Source of the DNA: Podarcis cretensis | Lineage: Eukaryota | NCBI GenBank assembly: GCA_951804945.1 | Contig: OX638150.1 | Coordinates: forward strand, 48,484,001 to 48,548,000 | Length of the DNA: 64,000 bases | Reading direction: 5' to 3' | Shown here: positions 1-13,590 of the stretch, piece by piece | Position numbering within the stretch: position 1 is the stretch's first letter | Layout of the letters: every line of letters starts with the position of its first letter | Translations under genes and position numbers: made by a program | The notes under the pieces: generated by a model | The model's input: the letters and a program-made list of their open reading frames with translations, nothing else | Told to the model about the DNA's origin: nothing | Database searches by the model: none

Positions 1-210
1 TTTCTGTCACAGAGATGAAGTCGTAAGAGTCCTCACCTGTTGAATTTTTCTGCCTGTAATACAAATGCTGATGACACAGGAGTCTTGCCGGGGGTGGGGG
101 GAGATTACTACATTTATCATGTACTGGCAGTCTCCAGGACTAGAGCAGAAAAGAAAGAAATGGATGATGTAGGAGCAGCTAGAAAAGAGCAAAAAATTTA
201 CAACCAAATG

Positions 211-312
211 TACAGCAAAAAGAGTCGTGTGGCACCTTAAAAAAAGTAACAAATTTTATTATGTCATCAGCTTTTGTTATCATTCTAGAGGCCCTCTCAT
301 CAGATATAAAGA
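211..312. mobile_element. Penelope-like element terminal fragment, degenerate
   Basis: aaaaagagtcgtgtggcaccttaa...aacaaattttattatgtcatcagctttt...tcatcagat resembles the common sauropsid Penelope-derived repeat as recalled. Confidence 0.55.
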
Positions 313-2614
313 AATTAATGATCTTTTTGAGTGGCATCCCAAATGAAACCTTTGAATATTATATTTGAACCCATATGTTCTTCTCTGCAATAATAAAACA
401 AACTTCAAAAAGGCATGACATGGTAGCAGAAGAAGTCTGAAAGGTTTGCTGCCTTTTCCTTTTCATTCACTTAATTTAAGGCTAATATTGCCAGGCCAGC
501 AGTTTTTAAGAAGCCCTCTGTCAAGCTTTTCACACACCAGCTGTTTCAGGTCCTGCCTCCTCGGTTGTGCAGAATGACCTTTCATAATTGACAGAGCCCA
601 GGATGAAGCCAGCAACTACTTTAAAAAGATGATAGCCTTCCAAACTGAGAGAGACACATGTTAGCCCTTGAAATATGAGCAGTAAGATAACTCTGTCTTA
701 TGCTACCTTTTTGCAGTGTGGAAGTAAATGTGAACCTCTTAGGTTGAAAACCTCACTGAAAAGAGTGGGACTTGCATCTGAGTAAACATGCATAGGGCTG
801 GCTATATAAGAAGCATTGTCTCCCTGTATTCAGGGGTGAGTGCACGTTTTGCTGTTGAAAACTGGCCAGATGTTCTTCTTGTACTAATAAACTTGGTATT
901 TTATCAAAGCATGATCAGAAGCTGAAAGTAATGTAGTATGTTGAGTGGGCATTTGTCATTACATTTGTCATTTGTCTGCTTTGGCCAGAAAAACTGTGGT
1001 GAAACAGAAGAAACAGAGGGAAGGATAAACATTACAGCAGTACACAATATTTGTCTGCTGCTAATTAATCAGGGTATGCTACGGGGTCACAGCCTGACCT
1101 ACTGTGGGTTTTACCTGGAACACTATCACTATTCAAATGTGTGGTTAAAAATTAAGAAGTGGTTTCCAAAATGCATGTTTCAGCTAAATGTATGTCCCAG
1201 GTCTAAAATGGTTGAAAACCACTAATCTACAAATATCTAAAGAGAATAAGCACCAGATAGAGAGGGGGGATTTTTCACACAGTGCAGGTAGGCATAGTTG
1301 TTCCATCCATCTCCTAAATAATTCAAATGATAGAATAGTGGGTAAACAATCAAATGGATTATTTCTAGTTCTAATTTTTCTATGCTATGATGTCCTGACT
1401 TCTAAATATACTCAGGTTATTAGACACAGTAACCTAGGAAGTGTGACCTGCTATGTACAGCTTGGTATTGCAAATGGTAGAATGTATTATAAAATTCAGC
1501 TTACCAATTATTTTGAACATGTGATCATTCTAACATGCAAGCACGTGTGGAGTAAGAAATTAACGCATTGCACCGTATTGCTCCTCCTCATCTTCTCTGA
1601 TATTTGAAATGGAAGCCCTCAAAATGTCAAATTCCATATATCCAGCACCCTTGTCTATCCCACAAAGCATTGTTGCATTTAGTAATTTACTTAGGCTGTG
1701 TTTTAATCAAGGTATGCAATGTGTTGTGGGACGCTTAACCTTATTAAGTACTGTACCAAGTAAATTATACCTTAGGGCACATTAAGATGCAAACAAGCAA
1801 AAGGCTGTAATGTGAATTCATGCAGCATTGAACATTGGTAAAGGTTTTGATTTCTCATAAACTTCAGTGTACTACTTTCAAAGCACTGTAATTGATGTGA
1901 AATCCATTATTATTACTCATGTGAAATACAATTAATGTGAATTATTTAGTATTACATCACTTGTTTGTGAATTGTTCTTGTTTATATTTTTATTGAATTT
2001 ATATCCCACCCTTCCTCCTGAAGGAGTCAAGGAGGCCAAAGGCTTTGATAATCCTTCATCCTTAACATTTGTACTCTGAGATACTGTACATCACACTTGT
2101 CACCTTTCTGATGATGTTGAAGTGAACCCATGATATAGTGATTTGTCAAACCTTTAGTCACTACATGGGTGACTAACTACATGGGGTACCAGACAAGAAT
2201 TTCTGGTTGTGCCCCTCCCATGCAGTGTCAAGATGCACTGTGCTTACCCCAGAGGTTTCTGTCAAAAATAAGAACAGTGGGATGGGCCTGAAACTGTTCC
2301 ATCAGACGCGCAGCACAATAAAAGGAGCTGCCCCACAGGGTAGGCAGTGTCAGGAGCACATTTCCACCCCATTTCCTGCCAGTTTGTCTATGGAAAAGAA
2401 TGAGGGTTTCCTGAAGTGGAGGTTGGAAGAAGATACTCTCCCTGCTCAGCTGATTGTGGATGGTCAACAGAAGGAAAATCTAGAGAAGGAAGTATATCAT
2501 TTTAGGATGATGTCTTGTCTGCCTGGCTAAACATTGTGTGAACCTTAACTCAACACATCTTCTCTGAATGACATGTGGGCATAAATAAGACCAAGGCAGC
2601 TGAACTCACCTATG

Positions 2615-2785
2615 GCACCACCAAGAACAGCTCTGACTCTGTCCAGTGTATTTTGACAATCTTTAAGAAGCTGTGGCATATCGAGCAAACATTTATTCAT
2701 CAATGGGGTGTTTGCTCAACATGCCACAGTTTCTTAAAGATTGTCAAAATACACTGGACAGAGCCAGAGCTGTTCTTGGTGGTGC
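2615..2785. repeat. Long inverted repeat: 77-bp arms (2615-2691 and 2709-2785) with a 17-nt spacer
   Basis: Hand alignment of the left arm to the reverse complement of the right arm gives 73/77 identity with no gaps. Differences are at 2636, 2670, 2680 and 2682, all transitions. Confidence 0.95.
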
Positions 2786-3962
2786 AGATGAGTGCCTTCC
2801 TATGGACAACAGTTAGTCGATGGCTTCAGGGCTTGGGGGGAGGGGGATTTTGACCACAGGTGGATTGGCTGGGTCCTGTGGGTTTTTTCCTTCCTGAAAG
2901 CAATCTTCACAACTTTGGAGTGGATCCTTAGTAGGGAGGAGCATGGGAGGGGCACCTCACCCCAACCCAGCATGGAATCCCCTTAAGGGACCTTGGAGGG
3001 TGGTGCTTTCCAGAAGCTCAGCTTCAGGGCTGGTGGGCCACAGCACCCCCTACTAGTGACTGGATGAGGTCCACTGGAAGCTGTTCACACTGTGGCAGAC
3101 CTCAACAGTGGTTGAATGACAGCTTGTCAATCAGCTGGTGGGCTCGTTGATCACATGGATACATGCTCAGTAGAGTTGTGGCCCAATTTAATCCAGCACC
3201 ACCACAGCTTCACTGTGTCTGGGTCTTAAATCTTCCAAACTTCCTTGATATTGGTTAATATGAGCTTAGTTCTGAGAAACAAAATGTGCTATCCTGGGCA
3301 CATTCAATAATGTTATGAGTCAATTTGTCTGTCTGAGTTGCAGCTTATGCTGCTATTGTCCATGCTGTGTCATTTTCAGAATATCCTTTTGAAGGGAGGA
3401 TAAAAATGGATACCTTTGGCCTCAGATTTTTCCCCCCCACTCGGGCATGCTTGAGGAGTACTGAGCTCCACTCTGCAGTGCACATGACAAAACAATAATT
3501 TGAACTGGGTAAATAACACCCATCTAAAAATAAATAATGGAGAAAGGAGATCAATCTTATATTTACAGGTGGCTAAATACATATTTGATTTACAGATCAA
3601 AATGACTTCCCTGGGTAAAAAGAAGAAATAAGCATTTAAAACTTCCTTTCATATAGACTTCTGATAAAAGAGAAAAAACTGCAAAGTATTTTTAGCAGCT
3701 ATGAGACCTGAGATAAGCAAACTCCAAGACACCAGCTTGCAGCATTTTTAAATTCTGCCACTGTTATTCTATTCTAGAGTATTACAGTTTAGCTAAAGGC
3801 TCACTTCTTCTTCTTTTTTAGATTTTCTCCATGGTTTCTTCTAGCTTATGCTACATCAGAATGTTACTGATGGTTTGCATTAGCCCCCTGAAATATGCAC
3901 ATGTAAATGAACAGATTGACAAACAGTGGGTGAAAATGGAGGATGCAAGCATTCCTGTAGAC

Positions 3963-4511
3963 CAGAGTTTTTCAACATTTTTGTGTCCACGTCTTCCTCG
4001 ACTAACTGCATTCTTTCTGCGGCACCCCTGTGGGGCTCAGGAGCCCAGTTATGTCACCCCTTGCCTGCCAAGCTGGCAGCTTCTCACCCTTTTCGAACAC
4101 CCTTGTGGAGTGTTTCCTCAACCTCCTCTCCTCTCTCCTTGGGAGTCCTCTGAGCTGCCCCCCCCCAAAGAGAAGTGACTCCTCACACTGTCCAGCGGGG
4201 CCCTGGATCCTGTCTGTCCATTCCCAACAGCAAAGGCTGGTGGACTGGCTGGCGTAGGGTCCCTCGCCCACTTGCTTACTAATTCCAATGCTGCCTCAGC
4301 TCCTGGCAACCAGCTCTCCCTGGCCAACCACAGAGGCACCTGAGGAACTTGTAGCCAGTACTGCTGCAAGATTTTGGAAGGCAGAGACACAAGAAGGCAT
4401 CAGAGGAAGGGAGGGAAGGAAAGAGAAACAGAGGCCAGTGTTGCCCGCGGCACCCCTGACCATCATTCAAGGCACTCCAGGGTGCCATGGCACACTGGTT
4501 GAAAACCACTG
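3963..4511. mobile_element. Non-autonomous hAT (Charlie/Buster-type) element, about 550 bp
   Basis: TIRs CAGAGTTTTTCAAC / GTTGAAAACCACTG. 8-bp TSD CTGTAGAC (3955-3962) / CTGTAGAT (4512-4519). GC-rich interior. Confidence 0.85.
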
Positions 4512-5031
4512 CTGTAGATCATGAAAACAAAATGGATCAATGCTGGAAATAAATACTTTTGTTTAAGCTATCTAGGACCGCTGGAGTGTCTTTAGTGCAA
4601 AATTTGTTACTCTGTATGTGCATATATATATATACTCACACGTGCATAAGATTTGCAGTGCTTTAGTTTTAGAAACAAAGTAGATCAGACTGGATATGAG
4701 TTTATTTAATGGCAACATTGCAGCCTGGTTGTATTTATGTGTTATACACCATTCCAATCTCCAAGTGGTGTGAAATTCAAGGGGTTCCAGGCGCCTTTAT
4801 GATATATGGTAGATTTACACATATATACGATGGAGGGGTTCACAGCATTAACACCCTATTCCAGGAATTTGAATCCTTGCTTAGATTTTAACATTTACTG
4901 GATCCATGAATTAATAGGGTCTCGGTATGTAGCCTAGCCCCACCGTAAAAAACCTCATATGTTTCGTTTACTGTTTCATGCCTAGGTCTGAGCTGTTAGT
5001 ACTCTTTCTGCCTATCTAATCACACACTACT

Positions 5032-5034
<3 letters not shown>

Positions 5035-5085
<51 letters not shown>
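5035..5085. repeat. Compound microsatellite (CT)n(CA)n
   Basis: Directly visible. Confidence 0.95.
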
Positions 5086-5657
5086 GTCATGGGAGCAGCC
5101 TTCCCCCCATGTATGTTTATTTTAGTATTTTGACCATCTGAAATGTGTTCTTTTCTTCTACATTTCAAAAAACTGTTAGTGTTCATTTAGAGCAAGTAAG
5201 TTGACATTGCAGCTTTGGTGAGAGATAGGCACTTTTTTAGTTCTAGGAAGTAAAGCAGTAGTTACTACAGGAGAATGTAGACTCAGCAGAACTATAAGCA
5301 AGTGCTATTAGCAGAATTTATTGACAGCTCAAAACTGTATCATGTATGGCATGAACTGTGTTAATAGACAATGAAATACAAGTCTTCTGAGCCCTTCTAA
5401 GAGTTCAAATGATCCCTGGGCTAGTTGCACTGCCTATAGAATTAATGGGAATGAAGTGTGATGTCTTACAAAATACTCAGTATTCAGTTTTATTTGCTAC
5501 AGATAAAAATATGTGGGGCAGAATAATTTCTAAAGCAGATTTATGCAGGCGTACTTTGTAACTTTTGTTAAATTTTACAGGTACTCTTGTGGGGGCTTCA
5601 TTTCTATAACCTACCTTGCAGCATCTTTTTATCATTTCAGATTTAGATGAACTAAGT

Positions 5658-5939
5658 CAGGGGTCAGCAACCTAAGACCTATGGGCCGGAAGCGGCCGTC
5701 GGAGGTCATTTGACAGGCCCAAGAGCCACCCCCGAACTGAGTTGCCCGCTCGCACGCTGTGCTAAACTGGCACAGCACGACGCAGGGACTTGCTTCCACG
5801 GTGCCTAAAATCGCCCCTGCGCATGCGCAGATGTTGGAAATCGCAAGCGTGCACACTCACACAAGTGCACAATCCAGCCCATGGAGGGATCCCCACAGGG
5901 CCAATCCGGCCCAGGCAAGATAAACCTTGCTAACCCCTG
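5658..5939. mobile_element. hAT (Charlie/Buster-type) MITE, 282 bp
   Basis: TIRs CAGGGGTCAGCAAC / CTTGCTAACCCCTG. Perfect 8-bp TSD AACTAAGT at 5650-5657 and 5940-5947. CpG retained. Confidence 0.92.
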
Positions 5940-6883
5940 AACTAAGTCTAAAACTGTTCAAAACTTATTTGCCTCTAATGCTTGTAGGAGACTCTACTAT
6001 TTTTAAATGTATTTCCTTTTAATTGATTGAAATATTTGAAATTTGTTCCTGAGTTGTGCACTGCCTAAATATCCACAATTCCATAGAATTATAACATTTG
6101 AATGTGATGTCAAATTGATTTGTTTAACATCACCATGAAAAAAGGATGATAACTCATGTAGCTAACCAATTTAGTCCATTATTCCTAAAGTACATCTTCA
6201 AAGATCTGTATTAAATAGCCTATCGACTGCAGTAACAAGAAGTATGAAATATGCAAGTATGAGGCTACTACAGTGGTCTTTCCATCACAGCCTTCGACTT
6301 CTGCTATGTAGCCTTCCACTTTAAAACACCTGTTACTTTTGCAGAAGGAGTTAGCTGTTCTAGAGCCCAAAGCTAAGTTTTTCAGAGAGCTTCTTATTAA
6401 CTTCACTGCAGTTTGGTTCATGCTTATGAAATATTCAGATAAGGAAATTGAAAACAAAGTTAATTAATTCTGCAAATACTCCTTACTACGCAAGTATGCT
6501 GAAGGCACATGATATATGTATTCTCCACCATTTCAGTACAGGGGACATTTTTCAGCTACTACAATGCCATTTGCTTATCACATCTTTAATGTGCCAGTAT
6601 GCCTCAGTTTAAAGAGAAAACATATCTTAATGAAACATACAAGCCAATAATTGATAATATGGAAGGGCATACAGTGGACAAAAAAGAGAAACAAGTTATT
6701 TTAAAAACATCTTCCTGTCTTTGCACTGTGACAGTGTCCATAGGTGTAAGGCTGTCCCTCCACTGGTATAGTATTTGAATGGAATCTATTCATATACAAT
6801 TTAACGTTTGTAGGATCAAATTGCACAGTCAAGCGAGCCGGTTTGGCTTACTTGCATAGAACCTGGAATCTCTGTGATGCAAC

Positions 6884-7012
6884 GGGTCAGTTCATATGGT
6901 TGTTAAGCAGGTTGGTGGTTCGAGCCCACTCAGGGACAGCTGTGGGCAGGATTCATGCATTGCAGGGGATTGGACTAGATGACACTCAAGGTCCCTTCCA
7001 ACTCTATGGTTC
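6884..7012 (+). mobile_element. Short tRNA-derived SINE with CR1-like 3' tail
   Basis: B-box-like GGTTCGAGCCC followed by ttggactagatga...ggtcccttccaactctatg. Related to 13347-13481. Confidence 0.75.
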
Positions 7013-9494
7013 ATGTGGATAAACCCTGTTCAAAAACTATACCCATGTGTGGGTGACTTGAATGGTGAAAGTGGCGATAGGCATCTCCAATGGGCTCCCT
7101 CACTACAAATGGGAAAAGTTAGGGTAGAGTGGTTTGGTTTATAAGACAATGTTATATATTCATTTGGCTAGCTCTTGTTTCACAATAAGCTGGTAGAACA
7201 AAGAATCAGAAGTTCTGTCTTCTTGTCCTACCCATCGGAAGGTATCCACGGGGTCATACTTGGGCTCAATTTCCAAAGCATTGCCAATGGCTTGGCAGTG
7301 GTGTTTTGCTGCTCTCTTAGCCCAGCCCATTGCTGTGATCTTACAGCAACCCTTCAAGCAATCATGTAGGGTTGACTTAGGCTTTTGTGGGGAAGCATCA
7401 CTTTGGCTTAAGCCAACTAGAGTCCATTGTCATCTTGGAAGCAGAGATCAACAAAGCTTAGCAGAGAAAGGGAAACTGTAGGGCAGATGTTTGTTGACTT
7501 ACTGCTGAATATTATGTGCATACCGGTATATCATGGTCCTCTTACCAGGTTTAGGAGCAGATAATGTGATCTGTTACCCACAATAGAGGTGTGTCAATCC
7601 ACAAGAAGGTATTATTTTATTTAAAAGTTAAAATCTGGACATGTTTTTAACCCATGGAAACTTCCTCAGTGGATTATATTATCCCCATGCCGCTCCAAAT
7701 AACAGAATTGTATGGCACCTTAAATTATGCCTTAAGCTTTTAGTTCTTACATTGACATAAGATTCTGTGTTGTTTTTGAACAAATAGTAAAGCTGTTATG
7801 TTTTCGTTATTTGACTCATTGCTTGGGTAACCTTGGGTCTATAGTCCAAGCATGGAAGTTACAATATTAGGAAAAGCTTTGTTGTCTTAATTGAATGATG
7901 AAATCTGCATCAATTTGCAAATACATGGCACTTCTTACGTTCTTAAGTGATAGATGCAAATTAAACCTTTTATATTCTAGCCTTTCTATCCATCACTGCC
8001 ACTGACTGATGTGCTACCCTTAGTACATTGCCATGCTCTTGATAGTTGGTATTTCTCTTTTTATTATGAGGATGCCAATACCTGGTTGTGTTGCTTGGTT
8101 CCTCAGTGTGTGCAAGGTACTTACAGATCTTCAGATGAAAGACAGTGCTTGTAGAAAGGATCATTGTTCCATTATGAATCTTCACTTGATACCTCTTGAG
8201 GATGATGAGTTGCTCAGGCATACCCACATAGGCATGTTGCTTGATATTACATTAATCCCATTTGTTCCATTTGTAGCCAACATGCTCTTGTGTTTCTCTT
8301 TGCCTTTTCTTTGTCCTCGGATATTGTTGAAGACCCATTAACCTAGAAAATTCAAAAAAGACACAGCTTATTAAAAACTGTTATTCAAAGATTAACAATG
8401 TTCAGTCAAAGCATTCTCTTACCATGTAAAGACATTGGCAACAGAATATGTTTAAATGGCTTTTCATTACATGCAAGTGTAAGCCTCAAGAGCACAGGCA
8501 ATTTGGAATTTAAAATTGAAAACTTGTTGCAGTGGTAATTACATTTAAAGACAATGGATGCAGAGGATATGTTTTGGTACTTACTTGGATTATACACACT
8601 TCCCTGCCACATTGTTATGCCCTTGTTGAAAGTGCTGTCTCTCACAGATAATATTTGGCAAAAATTATGACAGATTTTGGCAAACTGATTCACTTCCAGA
8701 GGTGTAACTATATCCTAGATGTATGTTCTTATATGGGTGCAAATTTATCTAAACCATATTTGTGATCATGTCAACATATCAGATTTAACAATCTGAATTA
8801 AAAACATATAGTAATATAAACTTCTATAAATATTAGAAGGGTAGAAAAAAGCTTCCATTTTATCACATACTTTAAAGCAGCTGGATAGCTGAAACTGAAA
8901 TAAGATTCACAATCTTGAAATACTTTCATTTTATTTTAATTAAGGTTTCTATCCAGTCCCTCATCATTGCCTCTGAAAATCTTAACACCTGTGCAACTCT
9001 GTATTGAGAGAGGTGTTCCTGAGCTCCAATTTTTTAAGCAACACTTTGAATTGGATCGTGTAACATATACGTAGTTAGTACAGATCTCATAGAATCGAAG
9101 TAAATAAAATAAGCTGATCTACTTAACAATCTGGCAGTAACATTCTGCACTAACCGTAGTTCTTGAACCATATTCAAGGGAATTCCATGTTGAAAGTGTT
9201 ACAGAGTTTCATAATCCAAATGGGAGATTACCAGAATATGGATCTCTGTGGCCAGCAGTGACCAGGAATGCCATAGCTGGTGAACTAGCTAAACATCATA
9301 ATAAGCGCTCCATGGCACTGACACTACCTGATAATACTGTAAGCTGTACAACTGCCCAAGGCACTGAATTAAATTGAATTGCAGAAGCTCCAATATACAC
9401 AATATTTGTTCTACTAACTTATGGAATTAATTGTTGAAAGATGTGACTTTTAGTCAAGGTTCTTTAAATCATTAGACAAATATTGGGATGATTG

Positions 9495-9600
9495 TTGCCT
9501 TTGTGCCATGTTTGTGAGCTGCTTTGGAGCACCTGGTTGTCATGTCAAAGATGGTTCTGCATGAAATGAAATGATCCAGCAAGGCAATTCTTATGTCCTC
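9495..9600 (+). mobile_element. CR1 LINE 3' terminal fragment, degenerate
   Basis: gcacctggttg...tgatccagcaaggcaattcttatgt, similar to the 3' end of the CR1 copy at 27380-27990. Confidence 0.55.
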
Positions 9601-10532
9601 ATGGTTATACTACCACACACCAATAATGAACAAAAAAATCCACTCTAAAGGTGACAAAATTATGCAGACAAAATCATGAAGCTCGACCTATCTTATGTTG
9701 CTGAAAAGACAAAGAATGGGCGATGCTCTTATTTATTTTATTTAAAAATATTTTTCTGCCACTCTTCATCCAAAATCTCACAGTTTTCCCAGGTGCAGTC
9801 CAAAGTTGCTTGTCCAGAAAGTTGTTGTTTGTCAAGAATCAGCAAGGGGTTTTTAACTATATTGGAGAGATAATTTTATTTTTCAGCTGGTCAAGTTTCA
9901 AGCAACACGAGCCTTTGGAAAACAATACATTTGGTTTCATTCTAATCTTATATTTAGCAGAAGCAAATCTAAAATTAATGGACTTGGGTTTTACTTTTTT
10001 TAATAGTTTGATTGTTTACGAACTTGCTTGGTATTTGACATATGATGAATAAAATTCCTCAATCAGTGAATTTACATTGAAATTACCCCCTTCCTTTCCC
10101 TTTTGAAATTACTGCCTTACTTTCCCATGTGGATTTATTTTTATATCCCATTCACATTAGGATGTTGAAAAGGCTGCAAGGAGCTTTTAATGTGCTTAGC
10201 TGCCTCTCTGCTCTTATTATGTTTGATCAGTAAAGAGCAATCATGGAATTAAAAATGGGAGAGGAAGCTGTATGCAAGATTTCAGAAGCCCCAGGGAGCA
10301 AGTTTATAGCTTTCTAAGAAGCAGATTCTCACACTTACACTGAAATAACTCTATTGAAAGCAGTGTATTTTCACTACTTTTTTTAAAGAAATGGGTTGAT
10401 AAATTAGTCTTGTCAATTAAGTTTTGCTTTGACGTCTAAGATTGCCACACAGTTTCATCTTAAATGAGACTGCTAAATATATAGCTATTTGAATCTGACT
10501 TTCATCTGCTTTTATTGGCTCTTGTCTTCCAG

Positions 10533-10738
10533 GACCTTGGGCCTCTAGAAACAACAGCATAGATAGCGGGGAGGCAGAGGTCGGACGGAGGGTCACTCAG
10601 GAAGTACCACAAGGAGTATTCTGGCGGTCACAAATCCATATCACACAGCCACAATTCCTGAAATTCAATATCTCGTTAGGGAAGGATGCCCTTTTTGCTG
10701 TATACATAAGAAGAGGACTGCCACCTTCACATGTCCAG
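10533..10738 (+). CDS. TENM2: Teneurin-2 internal exon, extracellular linker region (206 nt, phase 1 to 0)
   Basis: Acceptor cttgtcttccAG and donor CAG|GTattg. Translates (G)[68 protein letters not shown], matching vertebrate teneurin-2 as recalled. It is absent from the supplied ORF track. Confidence 0.96.
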
Positions 10739-13304
10739 GTATTGTATGAAGATGTTTCATGGGGGGAAGTGTTAGTGATTATTTTAATTCTTCGGTGGGA
10801 TTATGTTCTAGGATCTGGAGATACAGAGTTTCTGAAAGAATTTTGTGAGTTTCCCTGCCTCCACTTCACCTTATTGGCTGCTACTTGTAGGAGTGAGGAA
10901 ATTCAGCAGTACCCACCAAGTTGTTTTGTATTACTAGACTGTGAATGGAGAAGAAAGAGAATGTAAAGAACTGCTGTTTTCTGCAAAAACTTTGCATTTC
11001 CCATAACATTTCTTGTCAAAGTTAGCTTCTGCAGAACATATGGAATATTATCTGTGTCCTAGGTTGTTTTGCTGTGTGTTAATTTGTAGTAGCATTTGTA
11101 TGGATGCAGCTCTTCTACATTTTCATCATTTTGGATGTTCTTAGTTTAAAGAGAGAATTACCAGGTGAAAATTCAGTTCCATCTCCTTAACATAGCTCAA
11201 ACACAGCAGATCCATAAGGCACATTCTATCCTGGGATTTTACTTTATTGTTGTCTTGAATAAGTTTTTAAATCCACAAATCTTGGCTTAAGCTTTCTCCT
11301 GAGTGAGCTTTTTACCTGCAGGAGCCTACAGCTCAAGCATTCCCCAGACAAAAGCTTCAATTCTTCTTTTATCCTGGCTTGAGTTAACAATATTCACCTA
11401 TTTCAATAACCAAAAATTATGCACTAACTTTCTGCACAGCTATAAAGCTTGACAATAGGGTAACTCAACTGAGCAGGATCCATCGATTGCTTAATGTGAT
11501 TCTAGAAACAAACAGTCAGCCTGTTCCATATCAAAATGAAAGCAGCAATAAAAGCTCCCCCCCCTTTACATCTCACTAGATTAATAGAAATAATCTGAAT
11601 TTGACATTGGATGTTGCCCTAAAGTTAAAATTGAAAACACCATGTTCCTTCAGTTTAAAAATGTGATCTGTGAAAAGAGCATAAAACTTCACTTGACAGT
11701 TCATCACTGATGAGTGCTGATATGCCAAAGCAAGTCGAATCCTTTGTGGGAACAAGTCAATAATCAGAAAATTAGGTACATGATTAACCTGAGACTATGA
11801 AGACTCAGATCCTGTCTGAGAGCTCCAATGAGATTGAAACTTCTCTGTATTACTGTTTAGCAAATATTCCAAGAGCCTAGTTTAGTCAGTCAAACTGATG
11901 GAGCTGTATACTTGTTCAGAATATGTTTTGCAATTCTGTGGATAGGGAATAGTGTTTCAGAGGGACAGCAAAATTCCATAAATGCTGGCTTGCAATGCTT
12001 GTGAGCTTAACATAAAAAAATGCAGTGCTATCTCAGGCAAATTGGTTTCTATCATGTGGCAAATTATAAAATATTTGCTAAACGTTTTGCCTCCCCCCCC
12101 CCCACAAGTGAAGGGGCTGTCAGGAGGAGTGAGAGTTCCTATAATAATGTTTAGTGGTAAGTTGTAGGTACAATATTATTCAGCTGAGTGTCATTAGCGG
12201 CTGAGTTGCTAAGGACCGGGTGGCAAGTTTGTGCTGAATTCCAAACTGACATTTCCCAGTGCATTTTAGACTGTGGGATATGTTGGTGAGACGTCCGTAG
12301 GATATGTTGGTGAGAAAGAGTTTTTATAGTAAGTTTTGCTAAACTTTCTTACAAGGTAACCACACTAAAAAGTTAAAAATTGTTTATTTGTCATTATAGA
12401 AAGAAACAGTATGAGGTGCCCTGAGGTAATTTTCCTGTGAACATTTGCATGATAGTACAGGGAGTAGAAATAGCAAGGGAGAAAAAGGGAGGTAGTGAAA
12501 GGGAAGGAATCAGTTGACTAAGAGAAAGCTCTAGATAATACTTACCCTTTAGAGACACTTCAGAGATTCAAAGAACACAGCAAAAGAAGAGAGATCACAA
12601 TGCTCTTCCTTTTTTACTTTTGGTGTTGCATGGGACTTGCAGTATCTCCGTGGGAAAACTTCTTTTGCTTCTTCTTTGAAGGTTCAAACTACTTCTTAGG
12701 AACTTGCCTTGCCTGAATATGCTTCACTCATTGTATTCTTTTGTAATTAGCATTTGACGCTTCAAAAACACAAATAACAACAGAACCCATTAAATGCAGC
12801 ATGAAGGCATACATTCCAAGAAGTGGGGAAAATGCAAAACTGAATAATTCCAAGATGCAACACTCAGCACTTCATAGGAGCATCAAGGACAACTTCACCT
12901 CAAAACCAAGGAAGCACTGCATCCAATTGCATTTCCTTCTGTTATATCAACAGCTTCTCTGTGAGGAGCAGGATAGACAAGATTGCAAATAAAAGGCTGG
13001 TGAAGAGAAAAATTCTTTGTAACAAGCCTATGCCTGATGTTGGGGAGGGGGGAGGTGAGGAAGCTGGATGGTTTAGAAGTGGGAGGAAAAAAGGAAGTAG
13101 AACAGTTCAGCCTGATGTTCACCTGAAAGGAAGTGGCATGGCTATATTTTAGTTTGAAAAAGAAGTGGGATGTCAACCCATCCTATCCAGCCTTACTTTG
13201 AATTGTTGTAACAATTTGGAGTTATTTTTTTTTAAAAATACAAATCTTGCACAAAGCATAGGAAGGGGCCTTTTATTGATTTACAGGAGCTAGGTTTGTT
13301 ATAA

Positions 13305-13590
13305 CAGGAGTAGGGAGATCTGTGGTGCTCCAGATGTTGGAATCAGATAGAATCATAGAGTTGGAGGGGACCATGAGGATCATCTAGTCCAACCTCCTGC
13401 AATGCAGGAATATGCAGTTGTCCCATACGGGGATTGAACCTGCAGCCTTTGGTTATCAGCATCAACTGAGCTATCCAGGCTAAATTTGTTAGACTTAGCT
13501 TCTTATCAGCCTAAGCCAGCATAGGCAATGCTCAAGGATGATGGGAGCTGTAGTCCAAGAACACCTGAAGGGCCACAGGTTCCATAACTG
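13305..13590. mobile_element. Palindromic hAT-type MITE interrupted by a SINE
   Basis: Left part ctgtggtgctccagatgttg and right part gatgatgggagctgtagtcca...cacctgaagggccacaggtt match the family at 63158-63295. Confidence 0.75.
13347..13481 (-). mobile_element. Short tRNA-derived SINE with CR1-like 3' tail, nested in a MITE
   Basis: Minus strand reads agcctggatagctcagttg (A box)...ggttcaatcccc (B box)...ttggactagatgatcctc...ccctccaactctatgattctat. Confidence 0.8.
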
